Made by a program: the position numbers and the translations under genes. Below, piece after piece: positions 1-12,696 of a stretch of DNA of 64,000 bases; the stretch's first letter is position 1, and each line of letters begins with the position of its first letter. The notes under the pieces are model-generated. The model saw nothing but the letters and a program-made list of their open reading frames with translations, was not told where the DNA came from and ran no database searches. The DNA is from Macrostomum lignano (Eukaryota): assembly GCA_002269645.1 (NCBI GenBank), contig NIVC01003205.1, positions 47,717 to 111,716 of the forward strand. Direction: 5' to 3'.

Positions 1-649
1 CCTCACCATAGTTGGTCACCAGGGGAGCGCAAGCCTCCTCGAAGTTAAGGTATGCCTGTAGAAGTTCAGAATTTTCCACGGAAAGGTCAATAAAAGTGAC
101 GTCTTTTGTGTAACAATTTCCACTTAAGGGGCTGGGAGAAGTACTGGGTGTAAATAGGTGTCCTTTGCTAAAAGTCCACTTCTTAATACATTGGCGTCGT
201 TGAAAAGAAAAAGAAAAACAGCACACAGTTGTCTGGTTTCCTATCCTCTTCAGAGTTTAACCAAGGGAGCATGGGATTCCTTTCTGATGATCCCTCTCCC
301 GAATCGGCTGTACATTGCATTTTTTTCGAAAACGCAGATTTGCACAAATTCAGTCACGGGTTTTTTCCTTTCCTTCTGTACTTCTGGTTTTAGTTCGGCA
401 GAAAGAATCGGAAATTCGTCCCGCTGTGCATGAAGATGCACGAAGTGTTCCCATCCTGCTGCGTAGTAGCGCAACATCCAGTTCATATGTACTGGTGGCT
501 CGTAAAAAGGGCAACAGCGATACGATCGTAGAAAGGGTAGCGAAGAGTTGAAGCCTTTAAATTGAACGGCTGGAAGATCATTTGAATCCTGATTCAGCCA
601 TCTACATTTATACAGAACAAACCGGGTGGTAATACCGACGGCCGTTTCC

Positions 650-1288
650 ATGCAACACCTGCAGCAGAGATCAGCAAACCAGTCTAGCAGTAATCACTAT
701 ACGCTGTCGATGGTGCGGAGCCTTGCGGATAGCTCGGCCGGTGAGCCAGGTGCCCTCCGGTTGACTATCAGCTGCCCACCCGGTACTGTCCTGACTCAGA
801 GTGGCAAACGCTTGCGAATTGCGCCAGTGCCTCAACTACAGCAGCCCCAGCAGCATAAGGAAAGGGCGTCCGCACTGCAGTTGCTAGAACAGAAGCCAGC
901 GCAACGGGACTCCCACCAACAGAATATTTCAAAGCAGCATCGACCAATTTTGAAATCCAGTCCTGGCCACACATATTTGCCTCAGCTCCAACAGCATGAC
1001 CAACAAGAGGACCAGCGGGAATTCCTTCCTTTGGTGCGCAAGAAGCAGCACCAAACCCAAGATGCTCAGCAAGCTATTGGCAGTGGCGGGACTCGCAGTG
1101 TTCGCTTCAATATCGCAGGAAATTCTGTTTACGAATATCAGCAGCAACCAGACGCAGCGGTCGAGTCGCACGAGTCAACTCGTAACTCAGAAAACCGTCT
1201 CTGGTTTGACCACATGTGCCGGCGTATGAGTACTCAACTCTGGCAACAAGAAGACCACCCATGCACCTCTGAGCAGCGTCAGGCGTGA
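650..1288 (+). CDS. Putative exon of an uncharacterised Gln-rich protein with an RVxF (PP1-docking-like) motif
   Basis: Open frame 626-1288 with ATG at 650, preceded by acceptor-like tttatacag (615). A perfect GTGAGT donor at 1285 overlaps the stop. The frame is Q-rich and contains RSVRF...NSVYEY. No recognisable domain. Confidence 0.4.
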   Translation: MQHLQQRSANQSSSNHYTLSMVRSLADSSAGEPGALRLTISCPPGTVLTQSGKRLRIAPVPQLQQPQQHKERASALQLLEQKPAQRDSHQQNISKQHRPILKSSPGHTYLPQLQQHDQQEDQREFLPLVRKKQHQTQDAQQAIGSGGTRSVRFNIAGNSVYEYQQQPDAAVESHESTRNSENRLWFDHMCRRMSTQLWQQEDHPCTSEQRQA

Positions 1289-3596
1289 GTTCGACTTTTT
1301 GCTGCCTACAGCAGGCGATGCCCAGCGCATTTACCATTGTAGTGCAACTCTGCCTGCTCGCTGCCAGCGTTTAAAATACGTATTTTTCAATGGGACACCA
1401 TTGATCTTTTATTGCACCAATAGCCACTCAATCGGATGGTTCAAATGAAAGATCAGTGAGTAAAATTCAGATTTTCATCAGATCTACGGTCCGATGGATC
1501 TATCAGATTATTGAATGTTTTCACAGAAATATGACACAAAAACACATTGTATCCATTCACAGCTCATTCAAATTCATAGCTTTTAATTGTATCAATTTTA
1601 ATTTATGATTCAAATGATTCAATAATATTCGGAACTCTTTTCTTTATTTTTAAAGCATAAATGCAAGAAGTTACAAAAGATGCTGCCAAATTTACACTGC
1701 AAACGAGTATCCCATGCTATTTCCAATACGAGCGTATTATAATGCTGCGTACATACAAAGAAGGGTGAGTCGGTCTTAGAAATTTCACCCCAATTTTTAC
1801 CGGCTAATCAAGATGAAAATCAAATCATAGCTTTTGAAAGCCTCACGCTAAAAGCGAGCGCTACCTTTTAATCCCGCCAAAAACTTTAGAGCATCATGAC
1901 CAGAATGCCTTGAAAAATTTCAGATGATGGGGTTCTGTCTTCAAGGGACGCTGTCATTTGAGGCGCTGCCCCATTGGGAGGATGTACTTGGGATCGCTGT
2001 CAAGGACCTTATGCGCGCACCGTTCTTTTGGGCGTACAATACTCGCGCATGCACTTTTAAGTGCACGCGCTCTCCCCCCCGGGTGGCGTGACCTGTTTTT
2101 CACTCGCTAATAAATACCATCGGTTGGGCCATCTAACAGGGTTTATCCTTCATTTCTGAACACTTCGACCTCTCGCCTTAGTCATTACTGGCACTGTGAC
2201 ACGTTGCACCATCTAATAGGCACAGTATGGTTGCGATTTCAGGGGCCGGTTTTAACCGGCTTTGTAATCGTGTTTAGCCGACGGGGCCGCCCCTCCGCCC
2301 GTCTGTGCGTGCGGCCCGCGCGTGTGCATCCCTGCCGCAAGGTGGGGTGCTGGGTGGGTGCCGGCCGGCAGGCGGGGTGTTGGGTTGGGGGTGGGCGGCG
2401 TCGGCCCCCTTTTATTTGTGCGCTCACGCTCTCTCGTGCGCGCTGCGAGAGCGCTTTGGCTCGTAAAATTTTTTTTATTATTTTTCTTGAAATGCTTTTA
2501 TTCCTTTGCTACGTGACTTCCCTTTTAATCGCCTCAAATCCTAAAATATATTCGCTATCGCAGGACTCGTTTCGTCCGCTGCCTTTGTCGCCACGCCTGT
2601 GCCTTCCCTCTTGCTGCTTTTGGCCCTGTTGGCTAAAATACGAGGTATTGAATTCAGACGGCCAATATACAGGCTGGGACTGCAAGCTTATAATTTAGGA
2701 CAACTTACTACCATATTATCACAAATTGCAACGAGTTCTTTTTCATTTCTTGAAATCTACTCTTGTTATGGATAAAAGAAATTCTATTAAAGCCACAGAC
2801 TTTGTCCAAGTCTCACGGGAAAACGAATTTTATAAGTGAAAGGACCAGGAAAGGACCAGGAAAGGACCAGGAAAGGACCATAGTGAATTTAATAGGCGGT
2901 TCATTACACAGTCGGAACGAGATTTCCAACAAAATCCAAAATGCCCAAGCATTTTTCACTAGCTACTTCCGGGCTGTGTACTCATTTCGATGCCACCGTA
3001 CAGCATCTTTAGCAAAACTGATAACTTTCTTGCATTGAGTCAAGTTTTTGAAGGCTTACAGCTTTGAAACGCAGTGGAATGCAGATTCAAGATTGTGGCA
3101 TTCGATACAGCCTCAGTGACCGAGCAGTAGAGGAGCGCAAGGAGCGGAAAACTCCATTTGATCCCATGAGTTGTCAGAATCGAATGAGTTTTAGCAATCG
3201 AAAAAGCGCATTATTAAATAAATAAATAAAAACTGGTGGCATTTTATTGGCATCAAATTTGACGCTACAAATAAAGAGGCACACAGGGTTCCTTCAACAA
3301 CTCAAAACAGAAAAAATATGCAGAGGCATGAAAGTGATAGTCTCTCAAGCAAAAACATTTCATCGCGCTTGCAAAATTTCAGCTGTTAGGAATGCCATTT
3401 TAGAAATTAAGTTACAAGAAGTTTGATAAAATTATTAAAGTATTTTTCACTCTACAAAAATATACAAGTAGCAAGCTTATAAAGTAAAAATTTCTCTCGT
3501 GGCAAAGTGAAATAGTGTCAGCATGCTTTAATAAGCAAGTCTATTGGGAGCTAGAAAAGTCAATGTGATAAGAAAAGGGCAAGTCAGTCGATCAGC

Positions 3597-6500
3597 TCAG
3601 CCACTCCGATCGACCAGAGGTCTACTCAGAGCTTGCCCTGAGCCGACGCTACGCTTCAACTTTCCTCTGTATGGAGCCGCTGCCCGCGTTGCTTCAGTGC
3701 GCGACTGCGACACTTGCGAAGACTCGCGTCGCGCTGGCGTCTTTGCTGGCTCGTACGAAAGAAGGACGCTGGGAGAGCTGCTAATCAGGTCTGTCCTCTC
3801 AGTCTGACGCTGGCCGTCAGGTGTTTTTTGCTGCTCTGTTAACTCCGGCTTGGCTTGCTGAGCCTGCAGCGGCTGCCTGCGCTGGCTCCCGGCCCTATTT
3901 TGCTGCACAGAATTTTCCCGCTGGGCCTGAGCGCTACTGAGCCCTCCCTGTTGCTTCTGCTTGGTAGAAGCAGCCGTCGGTAGCACATTTGGACTTGCGG
4001 CTTGCCGGCGAAGCGTTGGAGACGCATGCAATGCTTGCTGCCGTTTGGAGCTGGCAGCGATGAGAGGCGCCTAAAAGTGCATTTGGGATACCATGCGTTT
4101 TTGTTTTAACTCAGTTTCACAAATAATATAAGCAGGATAAGATAAGCATGTAGCTGATCCTGCTCGCCGCCTTCGGCAGCAACTACCTGTGGTGAGCCTC
4201 CTCCATGCAGCGGCAACTTTGACGGCGACGACCTTGACTGTGACCGCGGCGCAGTGGCTCCACAGTGAAGAACTTGGAAGCTTCCCAGGCTTTTGAGCGG
4301 AAGCAGCTGAAGACCCTTCTTAGACTTGTCGAAGCAATCGAGAGCAATGTCTGGAAGAAAATTCCGCCAAATGTGCAGCCAAATAAAAATTATAACTGGA
4401 GAAAAACAGGACAGCATGGGGTAGGCAGGGTTAGTTTTATTTTCTCAAGTTAAAGTCCGATGTCTATCAGATGCGCCCTGAGCCATCCAATGCAAGCAAG
4501 ATTAACTAGCGCGCCATTAGCTTACGAATCGTTCGGTCGATCAGAGGTGGCAGCAGATCCTTCAGCAGCTGGCAGTTTACGTGCATGGCCGGGTTCGTGT
4601 TGACTTCAATGAGGAAAAGCTAAAAGAATAAAATCCGATGGGATTCTAATTTTCACTTCCGTTATTGGTTTAGTGTCGATTATGTAACTTTTTAGCTTAT
4701 TCGATTCCTATCAATCAATCTATCAAGCTATCAATCTTCCACTATCGATATTTTTGGATGCGGCTTATTCAGCCTGCAGTTTTGTTTCATTTTTTGAAAT
4801 TTAATAAACAGTCATAGCAATCCACAACGCAATACAAGGCTAATCCAGCTGGAATGCCTTAGGAAATGTTCAACTTGTCAGCAAACAGAATAAAAAGCAA
4901 GAAACTAACCAAACTCAGGAAAATATACAAACCTTGTAGTTGTCATCGATCATAAAGTCGATGCCATAAAGCTCAAAGTAGCCTAGCCGAGCGGTAAGCT
5001 TGTGCTTCACGGCACTGAACATGTGCAGTAGGATTGATTTCATGTGCTTTTCCATTCCATTGAAGACCCAGTCCTTCTCTGGAGGTGGTGGTGCTCTCTT
5101 ACCGTCCTCTGCTTCTTTGTTTTCGCTTTCTAGCAGCGAGTTCAGGTAGTCATTCAACTGCGCCATGCTCCACACTGTGTCGTTCTTTACTTCTTCGTAT
5201 TTTTCGTCCTTCTTTTGAATGTACTGATTTGTGAGATGGGTGCACAAGTTTGAATCATCAGTATCATACTTGTGGATGCTTAGCCTCAGGTAGCCATGAT
5301 GAAATAGTACCAGGTAAGGTGCGGTGCTGCCAATGAGCATGTACGCACGAACATCGAATTTGCGACCGTGAATGAGCAACGGGTTCATAATGTACCTGCA
5401 AAGTAATGCAAATTATAATGTTGCATAATGCTACAACAAGCGCCATCTTACATGTAGCTTTTCTATTTCGCTATTAGTAGGTTTACTATAGTATAGAGGA
5501 CCAATTAGGCCAAAAAGTGAAGCCGGTTTATAGAATCCAGCCACCCTGAATGAAGGAACACCATGCTTTAAATACCTATCTAGCAGGAATTGGGCAAAAA
5601 ACTAAATCTTGGCTACCAGACTAGTGGCTAAGTGGCTGGAATTTGCCTCCATGCACAAAGCCCAAGGGATCCTATCCCTGGTCTGGTCCTGATCCTGACG
5701 TCACTAGACTTGTACAGCCTAAACCCTCATGTTTCAGAGGGGGGATTTCACGGGTAGGTCGTCTGGTCATTTGGGTGTAAAAGCTTGTCATTCAGCTAGC
5801 CCAAAGAGACTTTTTAGTTAAACTTTATTCGAGTCACCTACTAAGTAAATAAAATATAAATAGTGACATGTAATGGTACATGTCAATACCAGGTCGATAT
5901 GGGGATTACATACGGTATTAGGTCTGCTGTGATCCTATGAGCATACATCATGCTATTCCTGTGTCGCCAAGATAGCAAGTTGCAGGTCTAGCTTTCTCAC
6001 CTTTGCACAATTCTTCCCATGCTCTTGCCAGCCTTGGCTTGATTCCCTGCTGACGGCTTCTGCTCGTCCTTCTGCTGCAACTCCTCGCGGAACTTTGCTA
6101 GATCGCGTATCAGAAAGATGCCTTTGCCCTGGTTGAGTCCAGTGGGTTTGTTGATCCAGATTTCGCCCGGCTTGAAGGCCTCAAAAAAGGCCTCCCGCTC
6201 GCGAGGATAGTCCAGCACGTAGGTCTCGGGAAAAAAATCTGTCATCTGCATAGACAGCTGGCGACTGCTCATGCTGACACTGACCCTTTCGAACTCTCTG
6301 AGAGACGTGAGAAGACCGAGTTTATTGCAGATGAGCTCGCAATTAGGAATGTGATTCACCAGCTGCCGGCCTTCGCGGAAGTTTCCGTAGTTAACCATGC
6401 CTTTCGTTTCAGTCCAGCTGAGTTTCCAGTCGTCCGACGTCTTATCCGTGGTCTTTGTCCAACCCAGGCGACTCATTGCAGCCTCCACCCTGCGAGCGGG

Positions 6501-7107
6501 AGAAATAGTTGGACACTTGAAGGCTGGTGCTGACAGAAAAGTTTAAAGTCTAAATAAAGAAAGAATAAATGACAAGAAAGTTAGAATGACACTGTAGAAA
6601 CAAGGCAGAGTCATTGTGATTCCACCTCAAATCACAATGACTGCATGTTTAGGAGCGCCGCTTTTCAGAAATTTTAGTCCTTTAAACTTCTTGATGCAGC
6701 GGAGGAAACTAGTCTTATGGTCGTGGACAGGAGCTAACCTGAAAATATAATTTCTACTCAGTATAGCAAAGCTGGCAAGCATCAAGAATCTCACAGAGCT
6801 TGTCCGTTGTGTCCCTGTGCGAGATAGACGCTCTGCTTTGGATCACTCTTCTTGCTAGCTTTGGCGTCGCCGTCTGCCCGCTTCTTGGGGCCAACTGGGG
6901 CCGTGGCGCTAGCATTTTTCTCTTCTTCCGTCTCACGGGCTTGCTGCTTTGTAGCACTTGGAACAGCAGACATGAAACCGGTTTGACACTGCTGATGAGG
7001 CTGTGGCTGCTTCTCTTGCTGGTAGACGCGATGGAGTAGCTGCTGTCGTTTCTCCGAAGTTCGAAAACAGTCAGATGATGGCTGCCAGATCCACTGACTA
7101 TTAAAGA
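3597..7107 (-). CDS. TTLL10: Tubulin glycylase TTLL10-like (TTL family), at least 6 exons
   Basis: GT-AG exons join in frame: ~7107-6795, 6489-6001, 5395-4933, 4619-4526, 4350-4187, 4070-3597. Motifs [69 protein letters not shown] and [11 protein letters not shown] resemble TTLL10. Further 5' exons (~8270-8042, ~8550-8455) are possible but unresolved. Confidence 0.9.
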
Positions 7108-7666
7108 CTGGAAGGATTGGAATAAAGAATGGCTGTTTACTCTTTATCGCTCAAAATGCAGCTTCGCTCATTATCTCACTCTTTAAGTAACTTCTAAAAT
7201 GCGATTGTTCTATGCTTGAACTACAGCGCCTTAACATAGCGACGGGGTGCCTCAGGTGTACTGAATCTGTGCAGAGTGTACTGAGTATGGGATGGGGTAC
7301 AGGGTCTGTGTACGGGGCACACATTGAGAGTCATTTGCATAGCCTTTCCTTTCCATTTAATTTGTGCGCTTGGTTGCTATGGCAGGGGGCAGGGTAGGCT
7401 GCTGAACTAACAATGACCTACAGCTCATGTGTTTGCGGGATAGGCAGCCAGTACTCATTGGCGTACATTGAGGCATCGGAAAGCTTACTGAACATACCCA
7501 CCCTCTCTCAAATAGCTTTGCCTTACCTTTTAGGATAGCAACTCTCTTCAATCCTGATATGTTGCTAATTCTGCTACCTATCTTTATCCTCCTCCCACTT
7601 GTGGGATACAGCTTTTGCATGAATGAGGGAGTTCATAAGTTAGTTCATAAAACTTTATGAGTCTTT

Positions 7667-8038
7667 GAGTGAGTGAGTGAGTGAGTGATGGAGTGAGTGA
7701 GTGAGTGAGTGAGTGAGTGAGTGAGTGAGTGAGTGAGTGAGTGAGTGATTGAGTGTGTGAGTGATTGAGTGCATGAGTGAGTGAGTGAGTGAGTGAGTGA
7801 GTGAGTGAGTGAGTGAGTGAGTGAGTGAGTGAGTGAGTGAGTGAGTGAGTGAGTGAGTGAGTGAGTGAGTGAGTGAGTGAGTGAGTGAGTGAGTGAGTGA
7901 GTGAGTGAGTGAGTGAGTGAGTGAGTGAGTGAGTGAGTGAGTGAGTGAGTGAGTGAGTGAGTGAGTGAGTGAGTGAGTGAGTGAGTGAGTGAGTGAGTGA
8001 GTGAGTGAGTGAGTGAGTGAGTGAGTGAGTGAGTGAGT
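7667..8038. repeat. (GAGT)n tetranucleotide microsatellite, ~90 units
   Basis: Near-perfect GAGT array with a few interruptions at 7690-7775; it generates the spurious SLTH/THSL ORFs. Confidence 0.98.
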
Positions 8039-9864
8039 TACCTTTTGTGACTTCTTCCAAGTAATCAAAATACTGAGGTTCTGACGGCACAGGAAAGTGG
8101 AAGGGCTGCAAACGGGAACTCGGCCTCCTATTTGCAGTAGCCAATATCCTGTACAACTTAACTGAGCTGGCACTGCTGTTTGGGCGCTGAACAAACTGGT
8201 GAACCTGCGAGTTGCGCATTCGACGGACAAGAATGCTCAACCAAGCCTGTGAGTTTAGCTGGCGCACAGGGTAATATGTTGCTGCACCAATCCCTCGTCT
8301 AGTTGCTCTTATATGTACTCGTATCTGAGAGGTCTCTTGGGCTGCTTAGCATATAAAACTCCGTTGAGAGAATTATGCACACCTGCTAGCATCTGAGCGT
8401 TTTGCTTGAAGTATCCAACAATAGATTGAAAAGAGAATGAAAGAAAATCTTACCTGACTCTGAAAGACAGGCAACTCCCTCGCCTGAAAGCAATGTGGCG
8501 TGCCATATGAATGCAACCGTACTTTACGAGGCCTAACACCCTCGTCTGTAAAAACGAGGCAATGATAGTCTAAAAAGAAAACTACTGCATCTAACTTGAC
8601 TATATTGCGCGGTTTACCTAACCGTTAACTACATGTATGAGAATGCACTGAGCCTGGCCTGTAGATAGGGCTTTAATTAATAGACAGTCCAGTTCACCTA
8701 ATTAAATCTGTGACGATGTCACTTTCTTTCATACTTCTTTCCAATTTTGCGTCGTACGTGTAAAGCATATATCATCTCTTTCTACATGTACATTGCACTT
8801 AAATTTAATCTTCTTATTTTATTTTTTATTAGCGTTGACGTATTTTTTGTTATACCGGATAATTCATAGAAATAGTTAGCAGTAAAACGTAAAACGTATA
8901 TAAAACGTATTCAAATCTATTTACTCTCACTCTTGCTCTCTCTCGCGCTCATCCTTTCTGCACACCGCCTCATTTTGCAATACTATTACGCTCCGCTCGT
9001 TGCTATCTTTAATGTTAGGAATGGATTATTTCGTTTGTTAATTTATTGAATAAACGATCGGCTTTCACACCATATCGGCATCGATTCGTTCATATTATCA
9101 AATAATCGATCTAAATTCGTCACAAATCGACCTCGTGTTGGGTAGTATTCACAACTAAGTTCTTGGTCAAAGAATTACTGAAGCAAGGATCTGGACTTAC
9201 AGTAGTACACTTGGAAAATTCAGGAAAATAGGCTGAAGGCCGATATTTGAAGCGAAATGAATGCATTATGGGATAGGAAGTTTGATTTCATTTGAATCCC
9301 GGTTTAGTTTATACGTTTATTTTCATAGCGTGCGAATTCTGTTTAAGTATGCATTTTACAACATGTGCTCAGCCTCTCTGACTTCTGGGTCCTGTTGATT
9401 CTTCCTGGTATAAAAAGCTGTAATAAGCCATCGGGTGAGGGAGGCCAGTTACCTTCGTAATTCTTTGCTCAACGAGCGCTCTGAGATTGAGGATTAGTAA
9501 TTAAAATAGCAGTGATTCACAGTTAAAGCTGTACCACTAGTGCCATGCACTCGGTTTTGCTTTGGTGTTGACGTGCGGAATTCATTTGAAATTGTGAAAT
9601 CGGTGACTCAAATACGCAATGTTTATTTTCGAGCTTTTCCCGCGCTTTAATAATGAGCACTTTGCTGTTAATCACTGCTCTGCATGAGTATGGATCGGCT
9701 TGTATGCACATTTTCCCTATGTACCGAAGGTTTACTGCAAGTGTAATTTTTATCGTTTTATTGGTAGTGAGGAGCTGCAAGACTACAGCTGTGAGGCAGA
9801 CTGCATGGCACTGCAGCATTCAATGGGTCCGTCACCATGACCTGGTGCCGAAAGTCCAGCAGCC

Positions 9865-10562
9865 TCACTTTCTCCGCAAGCCCCAGCGCTTCCGGCGGCT
9901 GTTATTGCTTTTTCCGCCGCGACTGCGACGGCCTCCGCGCCGGTCTCGACCGTCGCCATCACTGCCGCGGCTCTGCTGCTGGTCCATTCGGACGGCAACC
10001 TTCATGATGGCGTAGTAGCATAGCCGGTTGCATCTCTCGTTATCCTCGCAGTCCTCCTCGCAGTCGGCTGGAACGCTTCCTGTCTGCATCATCAAGGCCA
10101 GCTTCATCATCGGCAAGTTCTCCCGTATGTCTGAATAGGCCACCGAGTTTCCAGGCGGGCAGTTGATGTTGTCTACAACGCACGGCCGTACGAACATGTC
10201 CATCTGGTCGTCAGTCAAGGCAGGACTCTGAGCAGCCTGAAAAGTTCAGAAGTTGTATCTATACAACGCTATTTGGGCCTGAATTTAATACGAACTTCGA
10301 ATGCTAAGGCGAAGCCTTCATCACTAAGCTCTGAAACCTGCCAAAAAAGCAAGTAATCTACTATCTACTTGTGTAGATCGCAATAACTATAAAAAATTGC
10401 TTACTTTCACAACTTTAAACATGTTATATGAAGCTAAATCTGTTTAATATAACAAAAGATGATCAAAACGAAAAAGGGCTGCTACACAGAGGCTAAATGA
10501 AATAATCAATTCGGACTTACAGCTGTGGCAGCCAGCACCAGAATACTTATGAAAATTTTCAT
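9865..10562 (-). CDS. Small secreted Cys-rich protein (137 aa, 2 exons) with a basic C-terminal tail
   Basis: Exon 1 10562-10521 encodes MKIFISILVLAATA (signal-peptide-like) and ends at GTAAG. Exon 2 10236-9865 follows ttttcag and is in phase. Stop TGA, with AATAAA about 100 nt downstream (~9760). Confidence 0.75.
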
Positions 10563-11028
10563 TGTAGCTTGTAAACACTTCGCTAGCTTGCATGAACAGA
10601 TACGAGCCAACTGATTAAAAATTTACCCACAACAGGAATACTAACCATGTCTATATATATCCGAATTTAACTTCCTCCAATTATCCCCACCGAGAACAGC
10701 TGATTGCAGGCTTGAGGTCAGTTGAGCTTCGATTATAATAGTTGCTTCACAACATGAAAGCCATCCGATGGTTTGGTTGGCAAGCTAATTACATATTTTT
10801 TAAACTCTCCACTCTGTTCATCGAGATGGGAATGAGACAAAGTTTTAGCTGTCTCCGGCTCGGCAACTGAACTTTGAGTTAGAAATTGCAGTTTAATTTT
10901 GAGATGGTGGCAGCGCTAATTTTCCCTACGCAGCTTCAGCTGATCCGGTGAATCCCATTTAATCTAACCTAATAGCCCTAACTGGCCAATTCAGCTAATT
11001 CAGCTAGTAGCGAATAAATGTGAAGTAG

Positions 11029-11420
11029 AAAGTGACAGATGAAGGCCGAAGAGAGCAAGAACAAAACCTCGTCGAAGTGACAGATGAAGGCCAAAGAGAG
11101 CAAGAACTGAACCCCGTAGAAGTGACAAACTGAACCCCGTAGAAGTGACAGATGAAGGCCAAAGAGCGCAAGAACTGAACCCCGTAGAAGTGACAAACTG
11201 AACCCCGTAGAAGTGACAGATGAAGGCCAAAGAGAGCAAGAACTGAACCCCGTCGAAGTGACAAACTGAACCCCGTAGAAGTGACAGATGAAGGCCAAAG
11301 AGAGCAAGAACTGAACCCCGTCGAAGTGACAGATGAGGGCCAAAGAAAGCAAGAACTGAACCCCGTCGAAGTGACAGGTGAAAGCCAAAGAGAGCAAGAT
11401 CTGAACCCCGTCGAAGTGAC
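11029..11420. repeat. Composite tandem repeat of 45-bp and 23-bp units
   Basis: gaagtgacagatgaaggccaaagagagcaagaactgaaccccgtM (45 bp) interspersed with gaagtgacaaactgaaccccgta (23 bp). Confidence 0.92.
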
Positions 11421-12093
11421 AATTACAAATGAAGACTAGAGAGAACAAACTCCGAACTCCGTTAAACGTTCAGGAAAGGATTCCTAAATAGAAAGTGCTT
11501 AACAATGAGAAGAAAGGATGCCATCGCATACACATCAAATAGTGACTACTTTGAGTAGGAACAAGCGCGCTGGTGTGCAGCGATATTCGGCACATGCAAA
11601 AGGTTTTAGGCGTCCCTTCATGTAAGGTATATATGTAAACCGATGCTTGTATTTATACATGTGCATGTAAATTATTGTAGTTTAAACTAGCAATTAAGCC
11701 CCCTTCGGTGGACCTTTACTACGCGTGTACCTAATTTACCCGTTGAAATTCTAGGTTGTACGATTATGAGATTTTCCCGCCAAAGTTTTCCTGCAGCGAA
11801 GTTTTTTTCCGCAGCGAAGTTTTCGTGTCGAGATTTTGTTGTCGATATTTGGCAGTTGACACACCAGTGATATGTACATCGCATTCTTATTCTATGATTT
11901 CTGGAAGACGGCAGGAAAACTACTGGGGTTCCAGTGGATTCAGGGGCTCCAGAAGAGCGCCAAAGTATCGGAAAATATCGCGCTCCCAGTGTTCCATCGA
12001 TAGACCAACCCAATGCTTACCTGTCAGCCAAGTTAACCATGTACTAACTTTAGACTCCTTACCTCAAGACCTATTAAACATTGTTATTGTATA

Positions 12094-12696
12094 CTGTCCG
12101 TCAAAAGTTCCGGAACCCTTGCTACGATGTCTTCTAGCGGACATAATTTCAGTCCGTTTCAATTGTAACTTGATTCAAATGAAAGCTGCGGATCTCAGCT
12201 CCATGATGTGGTCAAGAAAAAGTTTATTCGAAGGAGCGCGTGTGAACAGGCCAGTGTTATGTACATAAAGGTTAGAGAAAAAAAGTGAGGAAAAGACAAA
12301 CAAGCAATTGTTTTTTACTCTTTTTTACTCTCCCATGAAAGCTGACTGCACAAGAATCCATAAGAGCCTGTTGATTTCAACACAAGTTTTGGCCATAGAC
12401 TAATGTTAGCCAGGCTGAACACTGCGCGCAAACCGATTCCTTCCCATGTGTGTTTGCTCCATAGACTCAGCAACCATAGACAATTGCTTGTTTGTCTTTT
12501 CCTCACTTTTTTCTCTAACCTTTATGTAAATAACACTGGCCTGTTCACACGCGCTCCTTCGAATAAACTTTTTCTTGACCACATCATGGAGCTGAGATCC
12601 GCAGCTTTCATTTGAATCAAGTTACAATTGAAACGGACTGAAATTATGTCCGCTAGAAGACATCGTAGCAAGGGTTCCGGAACTTTTGACGGACAG
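12094..12696. mobile_element. Tc1/mariner-type MITE (603 bp) with ~217-bp TIRs
   Basis: 12094-12310 (CTGTCCGTCAAAAGTTCCGGAACC...) is the near-perfect reverse complement of 12481-12696. TA lies on both sides (12092-93 and 12697-98). No coding capacity. Confidence 0.9.

Noticed and set aside
1-651. Minus-strand ORF 250-651 and a possible small exon (~60-7, AYLNFEEACAPLVTNY)
   Set aside because: Splice-like sites exist, but there is no recognisable domain and no consistent exon chain.
5620-5690. tRNA/SINE-like head (A-box TGGCTAAGTGG, weak B-box)
   Set aside because: The B-box is degenerate and no cloverleaf forms; at best an old SINE remnant.
7584-8267. Long ORFs with SLTH/THSL repeats
   Set aside because: Artefacts of the stop-free (TCAC)n microsatellite; only the part 5' of 8042 may be exonic.
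10978-11448. Overlapping repetitive ORFs
   Set aside because: Products of the 45/23-bp tandem repeat; no coding evidence.
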